This document shows, piece by piece, positions 55,501 to 64,000 of a stretch of DNA of 64,000 nucleotides. Position numbers and translations under genes: made by a program. The stretch is from assembly GCA_951406725.2 (NCBI GenBank), contig OX597816.1, forward strand, positions 77,190,001 to 77,254,000, given 5' to 3'. Numbering within the stretch: the stretch's first letter is position 1; each line of letters starts with the position of its first letter. This DNA is from Octopus vulgaris. Lineage: Eukaryota. The notes beneath the pieces were generated by a model, which did not search any database, was not told the origin of the DNA, and was given only the letters and a program-made list of their open reading frames with translations.

Positions 55501-58500
55501 CACTGCTAGAAATATCAGGCTCAAACATTTATTTCAGCTATGTTTAGCATTGCATTTTTAACTATGTATTTTGAGCACTAACTGAGATATTTATAGATTT
55601 GCCATAGGTGTACTGAAACTAGAAATAATCAGTGAAATCTTCCAGGAAGAAAATGCTGGACAATGCAGTCCTTCATATACAAAACATGACAGGGTGATCA
55701 CATCTGAATTGCCTTTTATCATAGGTCAGTTTCATCAAGGCAAACTTCAAGTTAAGCCAACAATGTCTACATAACACCTGATGAAAATAGCAACCAAATT
55801 TCCAAATCACACACAGTAACACCAGATTTTCATTAAAGCTTGCATTCATATGCAAAACAGCAATTTACATGAATACGTATTAGCAGAAACAGATTCCAGC
55901 TGTTGAGCAGTCACTAACCAGGGGTTAAGAAGCAACAATAGTATATTTTTCATATTTAACCCTTTAGTGTTCAGATTATTCTGTCAAATGTGATGTTTGT
56001 TTATTCATATTGTTTTGAATTAATCGTTCATTATCTTGTAGTTTAGAGATTTCAGTGATGTGATTTTTTAGTTTTAGAATGACATGGTAGGGCTGAGGTG
56101 AGAGGCGAGATCTGGTCAGTTTCAATGTAAAACAGGTTAAATATTTTGGCCGGATATGGCTGGTTTGAATGCTAAAGTGTTAAAATAATTCTTTACCGTC
56201 TCAATTTCCTTCTGTCTGTAAAACAAGTATAGAAGTTGAAATAGCTCTACCTAGGGAACTAAAAAACCATTTACTGCATACACCAGAATAAAATATTTCA
56301 ATGAATGAATCACAAGTATTATTTGTATTTGCTCCCACAACACTGCTGGTACAATAAAATGAACTCAGTATTCTATAAAGTCACACAAAAAAAAAAGACA
56401 TCAGACAGAGAGGACTATTTAGTTATACTAAGGTAAGGACATAACCTCTTTAGTGAAGATGCCATGATAAAAATGCAGCCAGTAAACTCTGTAAAGTGGA
56501 TGGGATGGTGTTAAGAAAAGCATACAGCTGTAGAAACTATGCCGAAAATGAAATGTACAAATGAGACACACATATACACCAACAGATGCTTTATATATAT
56601 ATATATATTACATACTATACAATATCTGTGTCTTTAAATTCATCTTTATGTTGTACTATTATTATTGCTAATATCTACAGAGTTTATTTGTATTAGTAAA
56701 TGCTGTATGTATTATGTAAAATAATCAAATTATCAATAATATAATTGATTTTCTAGAAATTGTAGTGTAATTAATATTTTCAGGTAATATGTACTTCTTA
56801 TCTAGTTACACTTCATTTGACAAAACAACTGAGCAGCATCATAGTAACATGACACACCTCATCCCTTATTTCTTCAATTACCACAACACATTAGCCACCT
56901 GTAAGCTCATCACCTTACACTTCTACAGAACAAAACCCAAGAGTCAACTGTAAGATCTTCCCCCCTGCCTACTTATTGAAATTCATAACTTCGAACAAAC
57001 CACCTACCTGCTGTAAACTATACTTTCCAGTAGCCATTCAGTCAACCAAAGAACACCTACCTGTCTACTCTTTCCCTCACCTGCTTGCAAAACTTATGCG
57101 CAAGCTAAACAGCATTACAGAGAAATGTGGGCAATATTGGATGAATGAAAGAACTGCGGTAACCAGAGTATGTATGTTCAACAGAATAATTACACTTTGT
57201 CATGGGCAACAAGATCGTATCAGTCGTTTCTGCACAAACATCACAATTGGTAGTGAAAGAGAAAAGGAACATTTCTATAAAATCATTTTGTAGACAGCCT
57301 CAAGAACAAATGATCTCATAAACATGGACAGTGAATTTAATGGATTATGTTAGGCAACACCATAATAGCTGCTTTGATATACATGAAACTATAGACATGA
57401 TATGAGCAATGAGATGGGATCAAGGCTCTTGGAGTTGTGATAAAATGACCCAACCATTTACATCACTGACTTAAGGATGCCAACCAGTTCTCTGATCAGA
57501 CTTCATATTCAGTAGAAAGGACAGGCAAATAGTTGTGAATACTAAATCTTTCTCCTGTGAAAAATACATCATGTAACATATAGTAGTGATTAGTGACTTC
57601 AAAGCAAGAGCTAGATGGACTAAGGGACAAGACATTCTGAAAAACGAAGGCATAGGTTTAGAGAAATTTAAAAAGGCACAGAGATCAAGAAGAAAGAATA
57701 AATAGACCTAAAACAGAGAGGACAACTAAGAGTCGCTACAAAATAAATGGCTGCAAGTTACATCATATCTGTAATTAGCGTATGGTACCAACCAGATGGA
57801 AGGTGACATGCTTCAGTAGACTGGCCCAATAAAAAGCTAAAAAATCAGGCTTGGAAAGACTGGAAGAAGAGAACAATATCAAAGAGCTTAAAGAGAAGCT
57901 GAGACAAAGTTTATCAATGTTCTGCAATGAAAGGATCAGTAGTATTAGGTGTTACAGACTGCAAAGCAGTGTGTCAGGATAACTTAAGATGTCATTGGGA
58001 AAATGTGTGTTGTGGAATGACAGCAGTGAACTGAGCCTCACTAAAACAGAAGGAAGAAACTTGGAAAGAAGCTGCTAAATGTAGAGGTTGCATGGGAAGA
58101 ATTAGATTATTTCAAGTGATTCCAACAATTGACCAGCCATTCAAGTTGCAAACTGTTCAAAAGCATGATTAAGTATAAATGTCTCAAGGTAATGAAAAGT
58201 AGCTGGATTAGTCAGTGAGATACTGACAATGTAGGATATGCATTAGTCACATCCATAGTTAACCAGGTTTTACAAGGAGGGTATCATCATCAACTGCTTC
58301 AAAGGGAAAAGAAATACTTCAAAATAAGTAACTACAGAAATATCAAACTGATGAACCAATTTATGTAAGTTACAATTGATTAGAAAGAAATTTAGCTCAG
58401 ATGAATTGCAGCTTGAGTTTGTGCCAAGACAGGATACTAGCAATGATCTCTTCTTCATAAAATAGCTGCTGGAGAACTTCTTCTAAAAACAAGCCACTAT

Positions 58501-58674
58501 AAGTAGCATTTATTGATTTGGAGATGGTCTTTGGTGGGGTACAAAACTCTGGTGGCCACTGTGAAAACTAAGCAAAAATAATGGCTTGTAAGAGCCATGC
58601 AAACCATGTAAAGAAACACCATGAAGAAATAACAGGCAAAGTCTGGAATTTAGTATAAACAGAAGTGTTCACCA

Positions 58675-58764
<90 letters not shown>

Positions 58765-59981
58765 TTCAACGTCAGCTTTTCGTGTTGGCATTGATTGGAT
58801 GGTTTGACTAAGTACTGGCAAGTCGGGAGGCTGCATCTGGTTCCAATTTGATTTGGCAAGGTTTCTACAGCTGGATGCCCTTCCTAATGCCAACCACTCC
58901 AAGAGTGTAGTGGGTGCTTTTTACATGCCACTAGCAATGTGTGTGTGTGTGTGTTTGTGTGTACGGCTCTGAGACAACCAAAGCCTTGTGAATGAATTTA
59001 GATGAAATGTGAAAGAAGTTCATTATGTGTGTATGTGTGTCCCTCCTTATCTTGACATCATGTAATAGTTGAAAACAATTGTTAGTCATTTATTTCTAAC
59101 ATTCAGTGAGAACACAGTTGGCCATGTACAAATGCTTGGAAACAGGTGAGGGTTGGCAACAGGAAGGGTATCCAGTCACAGAAAATCTGCCTCAATAAAC
59201 TGGCTGGCCCATGAAAGCATGCAAAAGTGGATGTTAAATACTGCTTCTGATGATGATTATGTATATATAACATCATTTAACACCCTTTTCTTTTTTATAC
59301 TGGTAAGAGTCAAACAGTTTGACAGGACCTGACAAGGCAGATGACTGCACCAAACTCAACTGTCATCTCTGTATGGGTTTCTATGGCTGGATACTCTTCC
59401 TAACGCCAACCACTTTACAATGTACTAGGAGCATTTTTGGTGACACCAACACTAGTGGGGTCACCAAGTAACTTTCAAGACAAAGACTCCTCAACTGAGA
59501 AGGGGCATGGTATTGAGGGAGAGTGGCTTTGTACCAGGTGATGAGAGGTTAAAATATTATAGAGTGACTGAAACACGTCTTGCTGTAAAGATACATGGCT
59601 ACCCCAGTCAGAGAGAGAAATATGGTGGTAAAGATGTACCAGGGCATACCCTCAGGTACAAGGAGGTGTATGTAAGAGGAATAGTACAGAGAACTGGAAA
59701 GGGTCAGAGAGCAGGGAATTCATGAGAATGTATTGCATACTGCAATAATTTTATTAATGAAACAATATATTTTATAAATCAAGTCAACAAATCCATGTGT
59801 TGAACCCACCAGTTTGACTAAGGTGTAATGAAGGCAATATCTTTACCAATCAATTATCAATAGTATTCATAATTCTGTGACAAAGGTAAATACTTATAAA
59901 ATAATTGTTTTTCCTTTTAAGCCTTATAAATAACATGAATTCTTGTGTGCGTGTATATATATGCATATATGTTTGTGTGTA

Positions 59982-60027
<46 letters not shown>

Positions 60028-61248
60028 CACACACTGGCTTTGAGATCTTTGTTGATCCCAAATTCTAGATAATCTAATGTTTAAGCTGTTAGAGAAACGT
60101 CAGTTCATGAATGTTTGCTGCCCTCTGATCATACTTGAATTTATTCACTGCGACCTGGTACTAGAACAAATTTTACATCGCTGCTGAAAGACCTCGGCTT
60201 AACATGTCTGAACAGAACATTTTCGTTCCAGACAAATTTTGAAATAAAGACTTAACTCGTTTTTCTAAGCTTCAATTTCTCCCATTCTCCTCTGTATCTG
60301 CAATTGCGGATGAGTATGCCCTAGATACGTATAATGCATCACTTCGTTCAACAAGTGATTTTTAATATTGTTAGTGTTAGGGCCAATCCATTCAATTTCT
60401 GGGATATCAGTTTTAATAACCTCAACCCTTAGTTCGTTTTTCACTATCTTTGTTAGCCTGTGTCTTTCTCTATAAGCCTTGCACAATCTGTAAATAACAT
60501 CCGCAAAGACTAGAGCCTCTAACGTCTGCTCTAGTGCTCGCCATATGTCTATTGTTTCGGCCTGCGTAGTTTGACGCCTCACCCAGTTAATTGTCACTAA
60601 AATCACCTCAGCTCTACAGGTTAATAGAGTTCTGGAATTGCTATCGTTCGAAGTCCCATATAGTAAGAGGAAACGGGTAATGTTAACGAAACATTGCCAT
60701 GGGTCGTTTTCCTTTGCATTTTTCGACATCCGTATTTCAAACAACGGAAATTATGACACCCAAAAATATTATTCCACTAATTTCATTGCCTTCCACCTCC
60801 AACTTCTATAACCTTTTAATTTTTTTCACGAGATATGGAACTTCGAAAGACAACTATTCCAAAACTTCAGTGAGATTTTAGCAAATGCAGTAATAGACTG
60901 GTGTAAATAATGCGTATGCGCGTGAACATAAATATATATACATGTAGAGACAGACAGAGTGTATATGAATGAATGTGCGTGTATGTGTCGAGGGAGTGTA
61001 CATTATATGATAACGTGAGTCAAGAATATTTCGCACTAGAGTAAGAATCATTGATTTCACACAAATATAAATAAACTCTACTACACGAATTGACTATTCG
61101 TTTTTTTCTCATTTCCAACTCGAAATGCGAGCGTATACACAATTCCAAACAATGTTTATATACATACGTGTGTATGTATAATCGCGTAAAATAAGGTAAA
61201 TAATTATCTACTTACACTGGTCCCGATACTACCTATAATGCAGCCCAT
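7889..61248 (-). CDS. SERINC: Serine incorporator (SERINC/TMS1/TDE family, SERINC1/3-like) membrane protein, 12 constitutive coding exons, 453 aa
   Basis: join(complement): 61216-61248, 43806-43970, 42504-42697, 40311-40390, 39627-39764, 37982-38058, 35881-35977, 30001-30087, 25663-25786, 24885-24958, 9713-9866, 7889-8027 = 1362 nt, all GT-AG, phases consistent. Family motifs: [111 protein letters not shown]. Confidence 0.96.
8250..8760 (-). mobile_element. RTE-type LINE 3' end fragment with (GAT)n tail
   Basis: Shares the TTAGGAAGGGCATCC core and CATCATCAT tail with more than 15 copies in the window. Confidence 0.75.
9713..9866 (-). CDS. SERINC: SERINC exon 11
   Basis: cctttag|GT TCC...TGG TTT AG|gttagt; [52 protein letters not shown]. 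Confidence 0.95.
15304..15330 (-). CDS. SERINC: Candidate SERINC microexon F, 27 nt (EKLGNSFYG)
   Basis: ttcttaatatttacag|AAAAACTTGGAAATTCTTTTTATGGAG|gtaatg; symmetric phase 1, stop-free. Confidence 0.55.
15632..15661 (-). CDS. SERINC: Candidate SERINC cassette exon E, 30 nt ([11 protein letters not shown])
   Basis: atttctctttcttacctgctgcccttgtag|CCACAGAGGCCATACTTCTAAATGACACTG|gtatgt; symmetric phase 1, stop-free, resembles the end of exon 10 (ERTILQLDT|G). Confidence 0.7.
15812..16050. repeat. (CA)/(TA)/(TG) microsatellite
   Basis: Seen directly. Confidence 0.9.
16953..17000 (-). CDS. SERINC: Candidate SERINC cassette exon D, 48 nt ([16 protein letters not shown])
   Basis: gcttcatagccctcctag|CATCAACC...GTCACCA|gtatga; symmetric phase 1, stop-free; splice signals only moderate. 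Confidence 0.4.
17744..18880 (+). mobile_element. Decayed RTE-clade LINE: RT fragment, deleted middle, 3' UTR and (GAT)n tail
   Basis: ORF 17750..18127 has [18 protein letters not shown] and LLYADD RT motifs; tail AACAATGATGATGA at ~18867-18880. Confidence 0.9.
19230..20210 (-). mobile_element. Highly decayed CR1/L2-like LINE RT region and 3' end
   Basis: Frameshifted remnants [17 protein letters not shown]..., INSINSG...YVNDLP and [10 protein letters not shown], typical of the RT and C-terminal part of such elements. Confidence 0.6.
21734..21742 (-). CDS. SERINC: Candidate SERINC microexon C, 9 nt (AYN)
   Basis: atatagtgccttgtacag|CATACAATA|gtgagt; consensus donor, UGC upstream of the acceptor, symmetric phase 1. 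Confidence 0.55.
21910..21930 (-). CDS. SERINC: Candidate SERINC microexon B, 21 nt (V/L-EHSTRG)
   Basis: acttatgcacaactactcag|TGGAGCATTCTACCAGAGGAG|gtaagg; strong donor, UGC upstream, symmetric phase 1. Confidence 0.6.
22118..22138 (-). CDS. SERINC: Candidate SERINC microexon A, 21 nt (ALWSISV)
   Basis: aaattcctctcttttccttag|CATTGTGGTCTATTTCTGTCT|gtaagt; strong polypyrimidine tract and consensus donor, symmetric phase 1. Confidence 0.6.
23200..23911 (+). mobile_element. RTE-type LINE 3' end (ORF2 terminus, repeated 3' UTR, (GAT)n tail)
   Basis: GGAAGAGGTAGACC (RGRP), ATATGCTGTGCTTGAGAAGAC, ~60-bp internal repeats, GACGTTAAACGATGATGATG tail. Confidence 0.85.
24885..24958 (-). CDS. SERINC: SERINC exon 10
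   Basis: tttctctttcag|T ATT CGT...GAT ACA G|gtaaga; [24 protein letters not shown]. Confidence 0.93.
25663..25786 (-). CDS. SERINC: SERINC exon 9
   Basis: tttcttttatag|AT TGT...TCA AG|gtgaca; [42 protein letters not shown]. Confidence 0.93.
27190..27395. mobile_element. Tc1/mariner (Tigger/pogo-like) MITE
   Basis: TA|CAGTAATCCCT ... AGGGATTGCTG|TA: terminal inverted repeats and TA target duplication. Confidence 0.7.
28825..29400 (-). mobile_element. RTE-type LINE 3' end, young copy with internal ~63-bp tandem repeat
   Basis: (CAT)n tail at 28825-28849, CpG-rich family core, about three repeat units at ~29004-29200. Confidence 0.85.
30001..30087 (-). CDS. SERINC: SERINC exon 8
   Basis: ttattttcag|TC CAA...AAT CCA G|gtaaac; [29 protein letters not shown]. 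Confidence 0.95.
30350..30562. mobile_element. mariner-like MITE
   Basis: TA|TGAGGGGTTGCTGAAAA ... TTTTCAGCACCCCACCCCCTCA|TA; imperfect TIRs, TA duplication. Confidence 0.6.
31719..31759 (-). ncRNA. Minimal type I hammerhead-ribozyme-like motif (U3/A8 variant), left PLE arm
   Basis: TATTC-TTGACAA-GTCA(TACAA)TGAC-GAAA-ACCGGT-T-GAATA; mirror of 33274-33314. Confidence 0.55.
33274..33314 (+). ncRNA. Minimal type I hammerhead-ribozyme-like motif (U3/A8 variant), right PLE arm
   Basis: Helix I TATTC/GAATA, core TTGACAA, helix II GTCA/TGAC, GAAA, palindromic helix III ACCGGT; one extra A relative to the canonical core. Confidence 0.55.
35881..35977 (-). CDS. SERINC: SERINC exon 7
   Basis: tttctccctccag|GAT TCA...CAA GAA G|gttggt; [32 protein letters not shown]. 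Confidence 0.95.
36510..37340 (+). mobile_element. RTE-type LINE 3' end with an internal duplication (~36620-36775 / ~36780-36940)
   Basis: Same family motifs and GATGATGATG tail. Confidence 0.8.
37982..38058 (-). CDS. SERINC: SERINC exon 6
   Basis: tctttattacag|GA TTG...GCT GCG|gtcagt; [26 protein letters not shown]. Confidence 0.93.
39627..39764 (-). CDS. SERINC: SERINC exon 5
   Basis: ttttgacag|CT TGG...TAC TTC G|gtatga; [46 protein letters not shown]. Confidence 0.96.
40311..40390 (-). CDS. SERINC: SERINC exon 4
   Basis: ttttgctgtccag|G TTT TGG...GGT CAG G|gtaagt; [26 protein letters not shown]. Confidence 0.95.
40602..40855. mobile_element. hAT (Charlie-like) MITE
   Basis: TIRs CAGTGGTTCTCAACC / GATTGAGAACCATTG; 8-bp flanks ATAAAGGT / ATATAGAT (6 of 8 match). 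Confidence 0.75.
41092..41395 (-). mobile_element. RTE-type LINE 3' end fragment
   Basis: Family core and (CAT)n tail; further copies at ~21230-21435, 26645-26800, 28190-28372, 39100-39315, 41990-42120, 52760-52890, 58762-58935, 59270-59460. Confidence 0.75.
42504..42697 (-). CDS. SERINC: SERINC exon 3
   Basis: catatttccag|ATA CCA...CAA AAT GG|gtaaga; [65 protein letters not shown]. Confidence 0.96.
43445..43618 (-). mobile_element. RTE-type LINE 3' tail (young, short)
   Basis: Closely matches 28840-29000 and 45885-46030. Confidence 0.8.
43806..43970 (-). CDS. SERINC: SERINC exon 2
   Basis: tttatttttcag|TTA GCC TGT...GGC AAG|gtaagt; [55 protein letters not shown]. Confidence 0.96.
45134..45403. 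mobile_element. TTAA-flanked (piggyBac-type) MITE, opposite orientation to 55960-56179
   Basis: Shares GCCAGATCT.GCCTCTCAC and GCCATATCC.GC.CAAATATT with the reverse complement of the 55960 copy; TTAA at both ends. Confidence 0.6.
46700..47228 (+). mobile_element. RTE-type LINE 3' end (ORF2 C-terminus plus tail)
   Basis: [15 protein letters not shown]..., GGAAGGGGTAGACCCAGGAAA (GRGRPRK), family tail. Confidence 0.75.
48001..48393 (-). mobile_element. tRNA-derived SINE, tandem (partial dimer) young copy
   Basis: Reverse complement head GGCGAGCTGGCAGAAACGTTAG...GAGTTCAAATTCCGCC; body duplicated (48050-48165, 48230-48350). Older copies at ~6900-7230, 13860-13990, 14720-14870, 27825-28030, 38320-38530. 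Confidence 0.85.
50525..50990. mobile_element. Tc1/mariner (pogo/Tigger-like) MITE, 466 bp
   Basis: TA|CCGTAAATCCTCGAGTATAA ... TTATACTCAAGGATTTACGG|TA; 20-bp TIR with 1 mismatch, TA duplication. Confidence 0.9.
51975..52114. repeat. (TA)n(TG)n microsatellite
   Basis: Seen directly. Confidence 0.95.
52235..52260. promoter_or_regulatory. Candidate intron-1 enhancer: overlapping CRE and CLEAR-type E-box plus second E-box
   Basis: TGACGTCACGTGAC = TGACGTCA (52235-52242) overlapping GTCACGTGAC (52239-52248); CACCTG at 52255-52260. Confidence 0.45.
55960..56179. mobile_element. TTAA-flanked (piggyBac-type) MITE
   Basis: TTAA|CCCTTTAGTGTTCAGA ... TTTGAATGCTAAAGTG|TTAA. Confidence 0.65.
57000..58670 (+). 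mobile_element. Very decayed LINE ORF2 remnants (RTE-like)
   Basis: Fragmentary motifs such as GTAGCATTTATTGATTTGGAG (VAFIDLE, RT domain) and TTCAAAGGGAAAAGA; boundaries uncertain. Confidence 0.45.
61216..61248 (-). CDS. SERINC: SERINC exon 1 coding part (start codon)
   Basis: aaagaATGGGCTGCATTATAGGTAGTATCGGGACCAGT|gtaagt = [11 protein letters not shown], phase 0 into exon 2; good Kozak context (A-3, G+4). Confidence 0.9.
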
Positions 61249-61354
61249 TCTTTCGAATTATTGAATGTAACCGCGCAGTAGTAATTGTATCTTGTAGTGT
61301 AAGAAAAGATAAAGTGTATGATACTAGAGACGAAAATATCAACAATAGAATTAA

Positions 61355-61425
61355 TCGCCACTTCCTCAATATGGCGGCGATTTCTGTTTTTCCTCGAATG
61401 CCGTGACGTCACAGTCACCTGACTT
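61355..61425 (-). promoter_or_regulatory. SERINC core promoter region: ETS-, YY1- and CRE-like motifs
   Basis: CACTTCC (61359-61365), AATATGGCGGCG (61368-61379), palindromic GTGACGTCAC (61403-61412); locally CpG-rich, 110-165 bp upstream of the ATG. Confidence 0.6.
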
Positions 61426-61489
61426 AAATCATGTGTTGCTGAGTTTGTTTATTGTTCGACACCAACTAGTTTAGTCGCAACTCTTACTC

Positions 61490-61800
61490 TGTCTCTCTCA
61501 CTTCCTCTCTTTCTAACACTTATCTAACACTTCTTATCTAACACTTCTCTTCTTCTCACTCTTTCTCACTAGTCTTCTTCCTCTCTCACCTTTTCTCTCT
61601 CTCCTCTTTCTTCCTCTCTCACCTTTTTTCTCTCTCCTCTTTTTTGTCCGTCCCTCCTCAATTGTTTCTCTAAATAAGTCTTTCTCTCTCCAGTTTGCTC
61701 TTTCTCTGTGTCTCTCCCTCTCTTTCTGTTTCTTTCTCTCTTCTCTCTATCTCTCTCGCTCTTTCTCTCTCTTTCCATCTTTTCCTCTCTCTCATTTCGT
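61490..61800. repeat. CT-rich polypyrimidine low-complexity tract
   Basis: Seen directly. Confidence 0.85.
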
Positions 61801-62017
61801 TCTCAACTGCTTATTATTTCTTTCTTTCCCTTTTCCAATTCTTTTACTCACTCAATCACAATTGCTTCTCTTATTATTTCGGCCTCCCTTTCCCCACTTT
61901 TCGCTCACGTCTCCCTTCTCAATTATTTTATGCGCCATTGTTCGTTACATTGTTGAGATAGTCAAATGCAATTTATTTAAAATTTCAATGAATCAAAACA
62001 CTTTTTGTTGGCTTTAA

Positions 62018-62030
62018 GTGTGTGTGTGTG

Positions 62031-62074
<44 letters not shown>

Positions 62075-62111
62075 TAGACAGACAGACAGATAGACAAACA
62101 GATAGACAGAC

Positions 62112-62144
<33 letters not shown>

Positions 62145-62145
62145 T
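62018..62145. repeat. (TG)n(GA)n(GACA)n(GATA)n compound microsatellite
   Basis: Seen directly. Confidence 0.95.
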
Positions 62146-63010
62146 GTTTCTTTATTAGCCACACAGGGCTGCACACAGACAGGACAAAATTACAAGGTAG
62201 AGCTTTTCTTTTGGAGGTAAAAGAAGGGGGTTTGGTTTTCGATCAAAAGGGATCGTAAATGGAAAGAAAGAGGACAAAATAAGGGGGCGATATAAAAAAA
62301 AAAAGGTGGGGGGAAGGAGTTCTTATATATATATTCAAGGAATTATTTGATAGTCTACTATGCTCCGAGCATGTCAGCAACAAACAGGAAAAAAAAAAGC
62401 TTGCGTTGTCATCCTAAAAGTCCCTAGTGATGACAAGGTCCAATTACTTGATTATTTTAGTACCAAGGTCAGCTCCGATTATGATACACGGTTTAGTGTG
62501 ATTGGCAGACACATCACAGGCTGCGTTGGCCGTGTTATTGTTTCTATTATAATCTGTCCTAAGGAACTCAACCGCTCAGTAACAAACATAACGTTCAAGC
62601 TACCAAATATTTATTTATAAAACAACTTAGATACGTCGTCGGTCAAAGTACTGTTATTTAATTGAAAATGTAATAGAACGGATGTTCCTGTCATTCATTC
62701 ATTTCATTCGTTCATTCAATTCCACCGATTGGCTATCAGATCACTTTTTGTTGCGCAACAAGTCTTTCAGAATTCGTGACAGACGACATGTTTAAGCTCT
62801 TAGGCAGCGCTGGACTAACTGTTAAGCAAAATAAGCACATGCTTAGAGTATCAATGGAAAGTGTGGGGAGTCACAGAAATGGTAAATGGTTTACGGCACA
62901 AATGATTTTTACTTTAAAATTGATAAATAATATTCGAAGTGGTTTGTATGATCGGAAATACAAATTCGAAGTGGAGATTTTGCATCAGTAATATAATAAA
63001 CATAGATAGG

Positions 63011-63011
<1 letters not shown>

Positions 63012-63080
<69 letters not shown>

Positions 63081-63114
63081 GTTATTGTTGTTGTTGTTGT
63101 TGTTGTTGTTGTTT

Positions 63115-63152
<38 letters not shown>
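63012..63152. repeat. (ATT)n(GTT)n trinucleotide microsatellite
   Basis: Seen directly. Confidence 0.97.
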
Positions 63153-63155
<3 letters not shown>

Positions 63156-63339
63156 TATCATTATAAATTATTTATTTATTTATCTATTTTTCCACAGATT
63201 GCGGAATTTGTTGTGAAACATGACATGAATTAGAAAAAAAAAGAAAAAATTAAATTAGAAAAAAATGAACGAAACAGAGAACATAATTGAAAAAATGACA
63301 ATGCAGTAAACACAAAGAAGCAGGAAAAAAAAAGCAAAA

Positions 63340-64000
63340 TTCACCACCTTGAAAATTTGGTGGTGCTGGGAAACCTCTCTAATGACTATTGGGGCACGCC
63401 AGCACGCTTGTAACGTTGCCGCGAGTGATGGTGAGGCTGATGCGCTGGAACAACGTCCTTATGAACTTCACCAGTTACCTCAGCTAGGCGAGCTGCCAGT
63501 GAAGACAGGAATCTCGCAGTTAGTGGTCTGACTCCACCAAACGTCTCGAATGTCACAGAATAGAAAATATAGTTGGCTGACAGATCGCAGTACTTCGGAA
63601 TTTTGTTCCGCTCAGCCGCAGAAGCTTTGAATCTCGCTCTGACCGCAGCATCCAGGATGTGAGAAGAAGCAAAGGAGTCGCTAACTGTAACATCCCAGAC
63701 AAGGCAACTGCCCCTCGACCAGGGGCACAGGGCGAGACCGTCAGATCTTTTCCCATCACATCTGGACAACCCAGATGATTCCAAGATGGAGTGGATGTTT
63801 GCCTGGGTCAAGCTCTTCTTGAGTATATGGTTTAACTCTATATGACGTGCGGACCAGCATTCAGGTGGCAAGAAAGACCATGGTGGCCTGTGGAGTCGAG
63901 GAGCCTGTCACAACGACAGCTCAAACCTATGCATAAGTCAGCTCCCACTCTGAGGGCAATGGAGACACGAAGTTTGTCCAAGCTGAGTAGGCCACCAACG
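63340..64000 (-). mobile_element. CRE/NeSL-type non-LTR retrotransposon 3' part (Zn knuckle plus restriction-like endonuclease), frameshifted, runs off the window
   Basis: ...CRCDRLLDSTGHHGLSC in an upstream frame, then ARHIELNHILKKSL...LESSGLSRCDGKRSDGLALCPWSRGSCLVWDVTVSD...AAERNK..KY...ETFG. Confidence 0.8.

Overview
This is AT-rich animal genomic DNA, not prokaryotic. The repeat landscape resembles that of Octopus: tRNA-derived SINEs, many RTE-LINE 3' tails ending in (GAT)n, Penelope-like elements and long (TA)/(CA) microsatellites. The organism call is recognition by eye, not a database result. The window is dominated by one minus-strand gene, a serine incorporator (SERINC1/3-like). I assembled it by hand from 12 GT-AG coding exons between 61248 and 7889 (1362 nt, 453 aa, all phases consistent). 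The most interesting signal is in the 15-kb intron 10, which interrupts the large loop between TM8 and TM9. It holds six candidate symmetric phase-1 cassette/microexons (21, 21, 9, 48, 30 and 27 nt) that splice together into a stop-free frame, a seventh candidate (48 or 53 nt), an in-frame alternative donor in exon 10 and nearby RNA hairpins. Together these suggest a combinatorial splicing cassette for the SERINC loop. Intron 7 carries a young Penelope-like element forming a 577-bp near-perfect inverted repeat with a minimal hammerhead-like motif in each arm. Intron 1 has an overlapping CRE/CLEAR site. Most ORFs in the supplied track are microsatellite or transposon artefacts.
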